Shown here piece after piece: positions 14,202 to 27,555 of a DNA stretch of 64,000 bases; the first letter of the stretch is position 1, and each line of letters begins with the position of its first letter. A program made the translations under genes and the position numbers. The stretch lies in assembly GCA_951406725.2 (NCBI GenBank), contig OX597814.1:67828001-67892000 (forward strand), in the 5' to 3' direction. The notes under the pieces are model-generated. The model was given only the letters and a program-made list of their open reading frames with translations, was not told the origin of the DNA and did no database searches. Source of the DNA: Octopus vulgaris (Eukaryota).

Positions 14202-17200
14202 TAGTTTTATTTTTATAGCGTGCTTTCACTTCACTACCGAGCGCAGCTCTGTGTGCCTTGGGTATGTGCTATGATTTGTTGTGATGCTCTGATGGTTACT
14301 GTATGGAAAGTGTTCTGCGTAGGATGTGTGCAGTGCCTAGTAGTGCAATTTTCTGTATGTTATATGTGTTTGTAAGTCCTGGTGTTTTTGTTATGTATTT
14401 GTCTGAATATTTGTTATCATGCGTAACGCACCTACTATGATAGGAATTGTTTCTGTTTTTAGATTCCACATTCTGGTTACCTCCATTTCCAGGTCTTTGT
14501 ATTTTGAAAGTTTCTCCATTTCTTTTAGAGAAACGTTGTCATCTGCTGGTATTGATACATCAATTAGAAAGCATTTTTGTTTCTTCATGATCCCTGACAA
14601 CTATATCTGGTCTCTTGGCCTTAATTTCTCTATCTGTGTGTATTGGCATATCCCAGAATATGGTTGCTTTCTCGTTTTCTGTGACTTTTTCTGGTGTGAG
14701 CCTATACCATCTGTTATTCCATAATGTTGGCGTAGCTTCCAGTGTTTGTAGGTCCCAACTCTGTCGTGTCTGCGATTATATTCCTTGTTAGCCAGGACTG
14801 GGCAGCCAGAGATAATATGATTTATTGTTTCTTGTTCATCTCCACATATTCTGCAGTTACTTGTTATATTTCTTTTCATTGCGTGTTTTTGGTAATTTCT
14901 GGTGGGGAGGCTTTGGTCTTGTGCTGCAATTAAAAATCCCTCTGTCTCTGCTTTGAGTCCTGAGCTTCTCAACCATTGCTGGGATCTTTCTTTGTCTATT
15001 TCTTTTGCATTTATTTTGGTCCAGTATTTACCATGAAGGGGCTTTTCTTGCCATCGTTTTAATCATGGTTCGTTGCTGTTCTAGTTTTAGTTTGGATTTA
15101 ATTTGTTTTATAGCTTTTGTTGTTGTTTCTTCTTCTTCTTCTTCTTCTTCTTCTTCTTCTTCTTCTTCTTCTTCTTCTTCTTCTTCTTCTTCTTCTTCTT
15201 CTTCTTCTTCTTCTTCTTCTTCTTCTTCTTCTTCTTCTTCTTCTTCTTCTTCTTCTTCTTCTTCTTCTTCTTCTTCTTCTTCTTCTTCTTCTTCTTCATA
15301 TTTGTTAGGTGGTATGCTTTCTTGCTTGTATTTGTCAGCTTCCTTAAATACTGAGAACAGTTTTTTTGTTTTGCTCGTGTTTTGCTGCTATTTGTATCAG
15401 TTTTTCTTCCTTCTGAAGTAGATATTTTTGCAGTCCTATGTAGTTATTTTATAGTAGTTTTCCAGCTGTATAAGACCTCTGTCACCTTCTATACGTTGTA
15501 TATATAGCCTTTCTATTTCAGATTTTGGGTGATGCATTCTAGACCCTGTCATTATTTTTCTTGTTTTCCTATCTATTTTGGTCAGTTCATTTAGTGTCCA
15601 GTTAAGGATATTGTAGCTGTAACTTATAACTGGGACGGCTAAAGTGTTAATACCTATTATCTTGATTTTAGCATTGAGCCCTGTTTTTAGTATTGATCTA
15701 ACTCGTCTATGATATTCTGTTTTTATTTTCTCTTTCATTTGTGTGTGTTGTGCCTTATCTAGTTCATGGATTCCTAAACATTTGTTAGTTTGGCTTTGGT
15801 CTAATTCTTTTATTTCGTTGGTTTTATCTAGTGTGATGTTGCTACTCTTAACTAGTTTTCCTCTTTTCAGGGTTACTTTGGCGCATTTTTCTAATCCAAA
15901 TTTCATATCTATTTCTTTGGTAAATCCATGAACTGTCTTTAGTAGTGTTTCCAGTTGTTTGTCATTTGTAGCGTATAGTTTTAGGTCATCCATATATAAA
16001 AGGTGGCTGATCGTTTTGCCGTAACATTTATATCCGCATCCAGTTCTATTTAGCATATCAGATAGCGGTGACGGTGCCAAGCAGAAAAGGAGTGGAGAGA
16101 GCGTGTCTCCCTGGAATATTCCTCTTCTAATGGGGATGTCTTTGGTTTTCACGAGTCCCTCTTTTGTTAGGAGCTGTAGCACTGTCTGCCATTTATTCAT
16201 AGAGTGTCCTATGTATTTTATAATTGCTGGTGCTACTTTGTTAATGGCTAGTGTTTCGAAGATCCATGTGTGTGTGTGTGGGGGTGTGTGTGCTATCAAA
16301 CGCCTTTCTGTAGTCGATCCAGGCCATACTGAGGCCTTTCTTTTTTCTGTGGCTGTCTTCAGTTATGGCTTTATTGATCATTAGTTGATCTTTACAGCCA
16401 TATGAGCCTTTGTGGCATCCTTTCTGCTCTTCTGGAAACAGGTTGTTTTCGTCCAGATGCTTGTACAATCTTTGTGATATTACTGCAGTAAATGCTTTGT
16501 ACATTGTAGGGAGACAGGTTATAGGTCTGTAGTTTTCTGGTTTTGCTGTCTCCTTGGATTTGGGAATTAAGATGGTTTTCCCCTTCGTGAGCCATTCAGG
16601 CATTGTCTCTGGCTCTGCCAGTATGTTGTTAAAGTTTTCAGCCAGCTTTTTGTGCATTCCTGTCAGATATTTCAACCAGAAGTTGGGGATCTTGTCATGC
16701 CCAGGTGCCTTCCAGTTGCTTAGTCTTTGCAGTGCCTGGGTGACTTCTTCAGTTGTTATGGGGGTCCAAAGTTGCTCAAATGCTAAGTTTGTTGTTTTAA
16801 TACCCCTCTCTTTTTGGTTCTTCGTTCGCCGACCATATTTCTTCCCAGAATTCTTCCACTTCTTCTGCCGTTGGTTCTGCAGTGATGTCTATTTTTTTTT
16901 TGCCAAGTTCTTGGTAGAACTTTTTGGGGTTGGAGTTGAATTGATTTTTTTGTTCAAAGAAACGTTGGCGTTTCTCATACCGGCGAATCCTTTGTGCTTT
17001 GGCAAGGATATCTTGCTTTAGCTTTTCTTTTTATCTCAGGTAAATCTTTTTCTGTGATGTTGTATTTGCACAGTATTTTTGTTTTCTTTTTGTTGCTTAG
17101 TAGCGTTGATTGTCTACTGATTTCGTTAAGAATCAACAGATCTTTTCTCATTTTTTGTATTTCTTTTGATGTTATTTAGCCACAGGGTTTGTTTGGATGA

Positions 17201-18471
17201 TGGTACTCCTGTTTGGATGGGTTTGAGGGAGTATCCAGCTTTTTTTTGTGGCTGCAGTGGCTGCTGCATATACTAAGTCATTTAGCTCAGTGATATTGCT
17301 ATTTGTTTCAGTGGTTATTAGTTCCGTGACGGCTAGGTTTATGTCATTTATAATTGATGTTGTTTTTTTGTCTATTTTGATTTTTGGGAGGTATGGTCGA
17401 TGGTCCATTTTGAGATTTGTGGTTTTCAGTTCTTTGATTATTCTACTTTTTATAGTATCATAGTCATTAGGTTTCCCATCGTTGTTTCCAGGTTTTAGAT
17501 TTGTGTCGCTTTCTTTCTCATGCGTATGTCTGTCTGTCTTGTTTTGGCTGGCTGCTTGTAGTGCATTATTATGCGTCCTTACGGTCTGGTTCTGTTGTTT
17601 TTTGTTTACATCGTTTTTGTTGGGAATGTTACGTTTGTCTTCATGTTTTACCATCTCAGTGTTTATATTATTTGGCCTTGTTGTGTGATTCTATCTACAT
17701 TTTCCTGATGTATTTTTTCTTTTAAATCCTTAAAAATGTTTTAGCCCGAAGGCCGCTGTTCTATTTCTATTTCTGATATTTTTTGCGTTGAGAATATATC
17801 TTCGTACGTTAGCTAGATTATTAGGGTTCATTGCTGTATCCAAGTCTTTATTTATGTTATTTTTGTTCTATATTTTATATGTATATGTTGTGTTTTCGTT
17901 CTTTGGGTAGAGCACTGCTGTAAAGTAAGCGTGTAGGATAGAAATGTATTCCTCACGTGTCCATTTATGTCTTTTGGGTTTTATTTGCGAGACATGAGGA
18001 ACAACGTCCGGCCCATCATTTTGACGGTCGTCATTTTCGAAGGATACCGGTCCGTTCATTTCTGTTGTCACATTGTTTTCGTACTTTTTGTGTAAGAAAT
18101 TTGAAGTACGCACTTCCCGATTGTTATTCTTGGGTTGAATAATATCGGTATTATTTAATTTGTTCGTAGTTTTTTTGTACATGGTGTTTGGGGCCGGAGA
18201 TGATCTGATGTTGATGGATCGTTGTGTATCAAGCATGTTTACATGGTTGGAGATGATATCGAGTTAAAATACATCATTTCGTTTGGAAAATAGTAATAAA
18301 TTTCAATGAGTATTACTTACTCGGATATAGTCCAATCCTTTGCCAGTTATTTTTGGGCTCCATCCGATGTCTTTGTTTCCGATGTTTGTGGATAGATTTC
18401 GGAGCACTGTTTTATCGCTCTCACATGTTAAACGTCCCCGGTGTTCTCCTGTTAAACGTCCCCAGTGTTCC

Positions 18472-18472
<1 letters not shown>
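14199..18472 (-). mobile_element. R4/Dong family A, apparently full-length copy (about 4.3 kb), disrupted single ORF
   Basis: N-terminal RHKWTREEY helix motif (17868-18236), RT (16241-16675 YRPITCL; 15436-16299 GIFQGDTLSP, YMDD), CCHC and RLE (14391-14972); 5' end has a tandem about 24-bp repeat; (TTA)n on both sides. Confidence 0.93.
15128..15298. repeat. (TTC)n expansion inside the Dong ORF
   Basis: More than 50 units, where other copies have a short EEEDEE-coding run. Confidence 0.97.
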
Positions 18473-18539
<67 letters not shown>

Positions 18540-18959
18540 AATAATTTTGATAATAAATTTGATCCATCAATAATAAATTTGATCCATCAATAATAATAAT
18601 AATAAAATGAAATAAAGCACACTTTACTCTCCATATTGATTTTACATTATGGAAATTTTACATACAAACTGTCCGTCTGTCTATCTGTTTATCTGTCTGT
18701 CTGGTTGGCTGACTGGCTGGCTGGCTCTCTTTCTGTATATATTTGCATACCACTTCTGCCCCTCCTCCTCTTTCTCCTCTGTTTCTATGACATATACATA
18801 TACACTGTGTGTGTATATGTAGAACGTTCATTCACTGATTGCCTGCCGCCAAGTCTTGTACGTGCATTCATCACACATCTCGACAGTGTAAAGTCTGACT
18901 GAACTAGTATTTATATCGGCTATTATTAAATAGAGGTTATTATCATTATTATCATCACA

Positions 18960-20278
18960 CTGACTATTGAGCCACTACTACATAAGCTGGAGACGTCGAG
19001 CGGCATCCCGCGGGACCTAAAGTGTGGGAGATCCGTGTCGGGAGATGCCAACGATGTCACCGTTGTGTTGTCGAAAAATAAACACGTTGAAATAATCAGC
19101 AACGCTCCCAGAGACTACAAAGTGGTATCAGGAGCGAAAATTAACTATAAAAAGTCAGTGGGCTTGCGGTTCGCCACCTGGAGTCTATGCCGTCCAAAAG
19201 CGTTGTTTGACGCTGGCGGACCGTTTAAACTGTTTGGGGTCTGGTTCGGTCCGGACTTCCACATGGACAAAAACTGGAACGAGGTAACGAGCAGGTCGAT
19301 TGCTCTCACCCCAAAATTGGCAGAGCGGAAGCTATCCCTGAAACGTAAGGAAGGGGTGGCTCACGCATACATCGCGTCCGTCATGTACTACCTTGTCCCG
19401 GTTCCCTTTGATTGTACTAGAGCGCATACTCTTTCGCTTCTTGTGGAAGGCACGCCTTCTAATGGCCTGGCAGTCGAAGAGAATCATCTAGCTGCTTTCT
19501 TCGGGAAAACTTTCGGCTCGAGACCGATGGGTAACTTCCAGAAATCCTTGGCCTGGCTGTGTCACCGGGGAGATTTTCCGGCTCAAGATAAACTCTACAG
19601 ATACGGAAGTGCCGTTAGCCGAGGGTGTCCGAGATGCGCGCAGAGAGACGAAACCGTCCTGCATACTCTCATCCAGTACCCGATCATTGCTGACCTATGG
19701 GTTAATGTCGAACACCTACTGTCGCGTGTGGGACGAATCCGATCTCCCCGCCGCTTTCTTTTAATTGAGAAGGGGAGGCAGTTTTTATATGCCTGGTAGC
19801 TATGGGGAAAGTGGTTGTATGGTGGACTCGATTGAAGACACTGAAGACAATCACTTTCTTCTTTGGCCAATCTCTCATCAACTTCTTCATGAAGAGGAAA
19901 TTAAGGTTGGAGAGGGAAGTGTTGCCTTCTGGCCATGTTGAAATGTGGATGAAAATGGCGAGTGTGGTAAGAGCGAACAGGCCTGCCTTGAGCATACGCC
20001 TGTAAATCGGAGATAAGGAACTGAGAAAAGGTACCCGCCCCAAAAGTCAGGGCATCTGTGGTTTTCTATGATTAGCCCTCGAACATCTTCTCCCTATTGA
20101 GGGTTACACATTGTTAAAATGTTTTATTTTTTTACGTTAAAGCTGTTTACATGCAAAACCCTCACCACAACAACAGCAACAACAACAACAATAGCAACAC
20201 ACACGCACACACACACATACATTCAATTTTTTGTCTTGTGCCATTCATGTTTTTCTTGGTGTAAACCCTTTGTGGTTA
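18960..20278 (+). mobile_element. Degenerate 5'-truncated Tx1-like non-LTR element
   Basis: ORFs 19035-19799 and 19802-20005 match ORF2 of the 35960-41210 copy (GVWFGPD, CPRC..DETVLH); ends in (TTA)n. Confidence 0.85.
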
Positions 20279-20292
20279 TTATTATTATTATT

Positions 20293-20680
20293 TAAGGCGG
20301 CGAACTAGCAGAATCGTTAGCACGCTGGACGAAATGCTTAGCGGTATTTCGCTCGTCGCTACGTTCTGAGTTCAAATTCCATCGAGGTCGACTACCTCAC
20401 CCCACAAATTTGAGGCCTTGTGCCTCCAGTAGAAAGGATTATTATTGTTGTGGTTGTTGTCTTTATTAAGGTGGTGAAATGACAAAATGTTTAGTGCGTC
20501 AGACAAAATCCTTAGCGGCATTTCTTCTGGCTCTTTAGTTCCGTGTTCAAATGACGGTGAGGTCAAATTAGCCTTTCATCCTTTCGGTTTTCGATAAAGT
20601 GTTGGTTAATACGGGATCGATGTAATCTTCTTTACCCCTCTCCTCAAAATTGCTGGCCTGTACTATAATTAGAAAGAATT
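20293..20680 (+). mobile_element. Two tandem tRNA-derived SINE copies (aaggcgg-headed family)
   Basis: A-box/B-box-like head (ctagcagaatcg..gagttcaaattcc); the second copy has the gcctttcatcctttcgg core; the first has the tail ccttgtgcc..tagaaagg then TTA. Confidence 0.8.
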
Positions 20681-21689
20681 CGTACATAAGCGTTCGTACA
20701 GTATATTATCTGTTATAGTATAATATATTATTTTACTCGGAGGGGAACTTTCTAGGTGCAGTTCTATGATCATTGACCGATGGGGGTTTTTATCCATCGT
20801 TAGCACCAATAATAAAACAAACAAAAAAGAATAAGTACCTTTAACATGTTTACAGAAGCAAGTAAATTTAATGTCCTAATTTTGTACTATGGCTCTAATA
20901 GTTCCAAGTATATATTTTCCGTTTCATCTGCTTATATATTGTTGAGCAGCACTATAATATTACTCAATAATTGTTACTTATAGCTTGATTAACAGTTGGT
21001 GGTGATTTTCTTAACTGTTATAAGTGAATAATGGCTCGGAATATTGCACTTGATAATGACCTGAGGTTGAAACAATCGTCGTACCAGTTTTTAGATAAAA
21101 ACATGCATGCACGCACATACGCACACATTCATTTTTACATGTAGATATACGCGTGTTTCATATGAGTGGGTAATGCCAACAACCTCGAGAGTAATGGCAT
21201 TTAAACGCATGCATACGCACGTGCACAAGCTGTTGGATAATTGGAAAATTCGCCCTAATTTTAATGAAATATGAGAATTTCATAAATGTTTATATATTTA
21301 TTTAGTGCAAATCTTAACACAGTAGTTTTGATATCCGGTTTTACATATCATGCCTCCACGTCATATTTTTCTAAAGTTCGACATGCATTTTCAAAAGGAA
21401 ATCTGAACTGCCAAAGTCAAAATTCTTTAGTTCTATATAAACATACACAAACAGAAATCAATAAAAGAAAGATATGGGGCGAGATAAAACACGTATACCC
21501 ATATCTGCTAAGTGACTACAATATTTGTCTTCACGAAATATTTTGATATCAATCAAACTATAGGCGTCCAAAGCGAGCAGTGGATAAATAAAAAACATTC
21601 CCTTAAAATCATTGAAAATTGTGTGCGTGAGTGCATACACGTGAATGCGTAGATTCATGTATGTGTGTATTATTGTTGTTGATGTTGTT

Positions 21690-24600
21690 GTTATTCGTGT
21701 TTGGAAGGGACGGACGCATGCTTGTTCGTGGCTCGTAAGTTTTCTTTAAAATTTTATTGTTTCATTTGTTGGTATTGCAAACCTAATATCTTAAAACAAA
21801 AACATCAAAATAATTTCCCAGACCGAGGGAAGCGATGGCTGTTTCAATGGCCGCTATGACATTGTTTCCTACCACTGATTGATGCTGGGCGAAAAAGGAT
21901 GCAAAGCAGCAGCAGCAGCAGCAACAGCAATACAACAACAGCAGCAACAACAAGAATAACAGTAGAAGCAGCAGCAACGACATGCAAGATATATTTAAAA
22001 ATGACGCAAGCACGACCTCCATCACCGTCTCCAACCCCAGCGCCACCATCACCATCACCACAAACATTAAGCTGCACTCAACAAAGAATGACAGAACAGT
22101 CTTCCTTAACACACCGGAAGATGTGCAAGAGAGCATTAAGAGATAAACCATATACAAATGTATATCATTAAAAGCGAGGAGACTGGAGTGAGAGAAGTAG
22201 GCTCCAATTAAAATATGCTTGAGACTGGCCTGGGGTTTAGAAACTTACGTCACTCGCGGGAGACGCTTTGGCACAGCTGAAGTAAGATTCTCAACTGAAG
22301 AATTAGTCATAGAAAATTCCACAACAACCCTCAAAAGTGAGGAATTATGGCCAATTTCAACATACCTCGGATGGAAGATAGTCAAAATAAAGGTAGCAGA
22401 GGTGCCACCAGAAGGGGTCACCACTTTTCTAGTAGCAGCCGTATTATACGGCATAGATGAGAAAATAAAAATTCTGTAAGTTCACAAAATGGGAAAGGAG
22501 AATTGGTCAAGCACGGCGTAGAATTGTAGTTATATCCTGATCCAGTAAGTATCGAAGCCATTCCTAACCTGATCAACCTACTCAATGGAACACAGTTATT
22601 TGTAGCAGTACAGGGCAGAAAGTCGAGATGTCGCAGTAATGGCGAAACAAATAATTTAATAGCTTTCTGCCCCCCCCCCCAAGAAAAGAAAAAGTCCCTC
22701 TGCAGCAGACATCTCTAACACGAACAAAGGCAACAAAACAACAGCGCCAACAACATCAGTGCCAAGAGTATCAGCTTCCAAAACCCAAAGAACCACAGCA
22801 TCGACAGAACCAGGCAGCAGGAGTAATCCATTCAACAACATCACCAGCAAGCACCGGTACAACACCCAAGAAAAACTAAAACGGAACTTACACCATCGCA
22901 ACCGAGAGAAGCCTCACCCAGACCAGACCAGACCAGACCAGACCAGATCACCAGCCTAGAAATGTGCGACTGTGCAAACATACCTCTGTCCCCTGGCACA
23001 AAATTTTCCGACTGAGAACATTCTTGGAAACCCAGCCGAATGGATCCTGGTGAAAGAAAAAAAAAGAAAAAACTACAAAATGAAAAGCACAGTACAGGAC
23101 TAATAACAAAGAGTTTAGAGGAGGAGGCACAGAAACCAACAAATTATCACACACTCACACATCCTACACTAACACATTAACAAACGTCTCCAACACTAAA
23201 AGCACCTCAACAGACCAACAACATGAATCACACTCCTAAGGCATCATCAGTTACACCACTATGGACACAAACAACAAGAACCTAATAAAACATAATAAAA
23301 AATACACAAACACAACTCTAAATGAATACATTGCAACCCCGCGCAACACCCTTGTTCACATAAAAATTATAAAAACAACGAAACAAACTTACAACAAACT
23401 GAAAGCAAAATATCCCAAAGAAATGGGAGATTTCCGTGGGAGCATAAATAAAAGGCTCAACAAAGAAATACTTGTGGAGACACCCACAAATAACCAAAAA
23501 GTCAAAACAGCTGTTTCTCCACAGAAATAGGGTAAGTGATTCTCTTCATTCTCTCTGACAAACATGGTCTTGCTCAAAATAGGCAGTATAAATGTACGTA
23601 GCCTGGGGTCCCCTTGGAAACAGGGCTGCCGACTCAATGATTTCAGTTTGCTAAGTTTAGATGTAATGGCTATTAATGAAATCAAACCTATATAGACTTC
23701 GTGGGCAGGGACACAGTTATGGGAACTGAATGCATCACTCCTCTCATGCAAAGCTTACAGAGATCGGATTAACGAATTAGTTGAGTGGGTGTTGATGGAG
23801 TCAGTCGTCAACAACAAATGGTAACTTGCTCTGAAAAAGGCAAGTAGAGTAGAATCAATTAGGTTTAGTAAAGCATTAGTGATTGAAAGGAATAAAATAG
23901 AGGGTAACTTAGAACAGGCGCTTAGGAAAGGCATCGCAACCGACATGCTGGCAGCGAGATTGGTCTTGTCCCAATTCTTCAATGATAAGCACGAAGGATG
24001 CTTATCATCTTAGAAACGAGGGGATAAAAGCCACTCGATGGGCCCGGTACTTGAACCCGAGCAGGTGTGCGCGGCATTTCAACAGCGCTTTACCCAGCTA
24101 TTTGATGCGATACATCATAGACAGGGAGGGTAAAGAAGCTGCCATGAGTGGGGCCCCGATTAATTTGGATCAATCTAAAGTCTTTGGTAGGGTAGACCAT
24201 GAATACATAGCGACTGTTCTCACGGCAGCTGGTTTTGGTTCCGTTTTTCCGTGGCAGGATCACCACAATGTACAGCGACATCTGTTCGGTAGATCAGGAG
24301 AATGGTTACTTATCGAAACCATTCATCCTCATGCGCTCAGTCCATGAAGTTGTTCACTCTCATCTCTTCTGTATGAACTGGCTCTAGAGCCACGACTGTG
24401 GATAAACTTTACAAGCATGGAAGTGCCAGCAGCCGGGCTTACCCGAGATGCACGCAGAGTGATGGAGCTGTTCTCCGCGCACTCGTTCAGTGCTCGAACA
24501 TTGCTAACTCGGGAGCTTATCTTGAACACCTGTTGTCCCACTGCCTTTCTTTGGTCAGGAAGGGCAGGCAGTGTTTCTTTGCTTGATAGCCTTAGCGAAA

Positions 24601-25015
24601 GAGGCTGTGTGGTGGACCAGTTTGAAAGGGCTAAAGACAGATACTTTCCTCTTTGGCCAAGTCCTCATCAACTTTTTTTCACTTGAAAAGGAAAGTGAGT
24701 GTAGAGAGAGAAATGCTGCCTCCCAACTATTTTGTGAAAGGTGGGTGAATGTTGCAAGACTGGTCCGAGTGACTCTAAGTATACACCTGTAGGCTGAAAG
24801 AGAACAATGTGGGTACAGTGGTCAGGGCGACGTGGTTTTGTCGGGCCTCCACGAGCATCCCTGGGAACTCTCCCTCTTTTGAGGAATTATTCATTGTTAT
24901 AAATTTATATTGTTACTGTTTTATAATTTTTACACGCCTTCTATGTAACCTCACATTTTATTGTCCTGTACGGTCGCCAATGTTTTCGCGAACACTTTGT
25001 GGTTAATAAAGAAAA

Positions 25016-25017
<2 letters not shown>
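21690..25017 (+). mobile_element. Degenerate, internally deleted Tx1-like element
   Basis: ORF1 remnants (22219-22479 YVTRGRRFGTAEVRF; 23261-23530), APE start near 23564, NLDQSKVFGRVDH at 23982-24347, C-terminus 24571-24792; AATAAA then (TTA)n. Confidence 0.85.
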
Positions 25018-25085
<68 letters not shown>

Positions 25086-25349
25086 GTTATTATTATTATT
25101 ATCATCATCATTATTATTATTATTATTGTTATTATTATTATTATTATTATTAATATTATGTGCCTTGTGTACCCTTATCAAACGGGTAGTCATGATGGGT
25201 ATGCTGGGCTTCGTATATTTTACCCCAGTGTCACTTTGATGGCATGCACTGCTCTCTTATTATTAATATTATTATTATTATTATTATTATTATTATCATC
25301 ATCATTATCATCATCATTATTATTATTATTGTTATTATTATTATCATCA

Positions 25350-25434
<85 letters not shown>

Positions 25435-25435
25435 A
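25018..25435. repeat. (TTA)n/(TCA)n/(TAG)n arrays with a 100-bp unique insert at 25158-25257
   Basis: Direct reading. Confidence 0.95.
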
Positions 25436-25454
25436 CCTTAATATTATTAATATT

Positions 25455-25662
25455 AAGGAGGCGTGCTGGCAGAATCGTTAGCACGCTGGGCGAAATGCTT
25501 AGTGGAATTTCACCTGTCTTCGTGTTCTGAGTTCAAATGCCACCGGGGTCTACTTTGCCTTTCATTCTTTCGGGGTCGATAAAATAAGCACCAGTTGAGT
25601 ACTGGGATCAATGTAATCGACTATCTCCTAAATTTCAGGCCTTGTGCCTATTGTAGAAAGGG
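25455..25662 (+). mobile_element. tRNA-derived SINE (aaggcgg-headed family)
   Basis: Homologous to 20293 and 47095; TTA-rich flanks. Confidence 0.85.
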
Positions 25663-25672
25663 TTATTATTAT

Positions 25673-25870
25673 TATTATTTCCACTTTAGTGAAGGCGAAT
25701 GTATTGTTTTCAGTCGTATTTGCTTGTTTGTTTGTCCATGGATAAGAGATCTCAATAACTGCAGGATGGATTCGGATGAAACTTTCAGGGATGTTTGACC
25801 TTGTGACGAACTGGTTAGATTTTGGTGGGAACTATCCGGTACCGGACAATAATTCTAGATTATTTGTTAT
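25673..25870 (+). mobile_element. Helentron-associated (HINE/DINE-1-like) element, 5' part
   Basis: Degenerate subterminal repeat, gtttgtttgtc microrepeat and ggattcggatgaaacttt block; 3' part at 30171-30385. Confidence 0.5.
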
Positions 25871-25883
25871 ATTCACTTTACAT

Positions 25884-26435
25884 CAAAGGTTCTCAACGGA
25901 GACCATATGGACCCGGGGGGGGGGGGGGCATTTGCAACACGAGAGGGGTGTTTTGGAGCAAAGTGACACTAGGGTCGCGTTAAGAGACTTTGAAGGTGCT
26001 ACGAGGGTGCTAGAAGACCCTCAACTTTGGTAAGTTTAATTTAAAATTAGTGAGTGACAGTCAGTTAAAAAAAAACATACCTTTTTGTTTCAAATTTTCA
26101 AAAACACTTTTTCCACTTTGACGTACCACGTGTAACTGGTGTCGCTAAAGTGAAGCCTCAAAAACAAAAACAAAAACTAGAAACAGATGAATAGTGACAG
26201 ACGACTAAAAAAAATGTAATGAATAAAGGCGGAAAGCTGAATGTGTGTATGTTTGTGTGCAAATATATAAAGAATGGTGGTCAGAATTTTGGATCAAAGT
26301 GGCTTTTGGGAGTTACTGATAGGTGTGTATATGTATGGATATGCTTGTATGTATATTTGCATGTATATGTGTTGCCATTTTGAATTCCTTTCTGCCATTG
26401 AACTTAAATTTACCCCTGGCTATTAAAGACCCAAC

Positions 26436-26493
<58 letters not shown>

Positions 26494-27389
26494 TTCTCTC
26501 TCTCACACACAACACATACATTTGTTTTAGATTTTGTACCTATTTGAACTACGGCTATATACCAGATAACGTTGTAAGTCTTGTTCTGAAATTTAAATTT
26601 AAGTTTTGCTTTAATTGTAAAATTACACCACAGCTAAAGACATCTTTTGGCTTTGGAAAACAGAACCTTTTCTTTCTCTTTCTATGTTTTTTGTTTTGGT
26701 CAGGATTTTCCAGTTTTCTGTATCAAGCAATGGACGAAAACATTTGATAAAAATTAAATTCAGAGAGCCGAACAAAGTCAAAAATATTAACTTTAATCGT
26801 AATGATGGAGAGGAGTAAACATTTTCCCTTTCTTTGATACTTAGAAGAGCATAGTATGACAGAGATCTGGCTGTTATTTCTAGCAAATTGAACAACGACA
26901 CGGAGAGTCATCATTGGCTCATTTGTTGATGTATATAAGTAAACAAAAACTGAAAGTAAAACAGATACCTGCAAACACACATACACACATATGAATGGGT
27001 GGAATTATGATGTAAGCACTTGCTATAACCCCTCATAACTTTTATTATTACGAATTTTCAAAACAGTTTTTTCGATTCTGTCTTTGATTATGAACCCCGT
27101 CCATTTTATTTTTAATTTGTGGTTTTAAAATACAGACAGTCCAAGTCTACCATTAGTTTCTCATTATAATTTCCAAATTTTTAAAAATAATTTTATGGAA
27201 GTCAATTGACGGTCTTCACACTTTGAAATGATTTTATTGGCATTTACTTGTACTGAACTTTCAATTTATAATAATAAATTTTCTTTGCATTTCAACTTGT
27301 ATATCTGTCCTCCCCTTCTAGGGGAGGGGGCATTTGTGACTCCAAGGGTTAAAAGGGGGCGTTTGGCCAAAATGGGTTGAGAACCTTTG
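25884..27389. mobile_element. Non-autonomous hAT-like DNA transposon
   Basis: 14-bp TIR caaaggttctcaac / gttgagaacctttg; 8-bp TSD ctttacat / ttttacat (7 of 8 match); no transposase seen. Confidence 0.75.
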
Positions 27390-27555
27390 TTTTACATGAA
27401 GTATTACGATTTTACGTTGACTTTCAAACCTTTGTCTGATTATTTCCCTTGAAAGCACGTTCATGGTTTCCACGTAAGTTATGGCGGAGTTGCTGTTTAC
27501 GAAGTTTTATTTTCGTTTCTCTACTACTAATTTTACTCGCGTTTCTATCTTAGTA

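Noticed and set aside
26723-26986. Possible host exon with a ttgcag acceptor on the minus strand
   Set aside because: No recognisable protein, no partner exons, and it lies inside the hAT-like element
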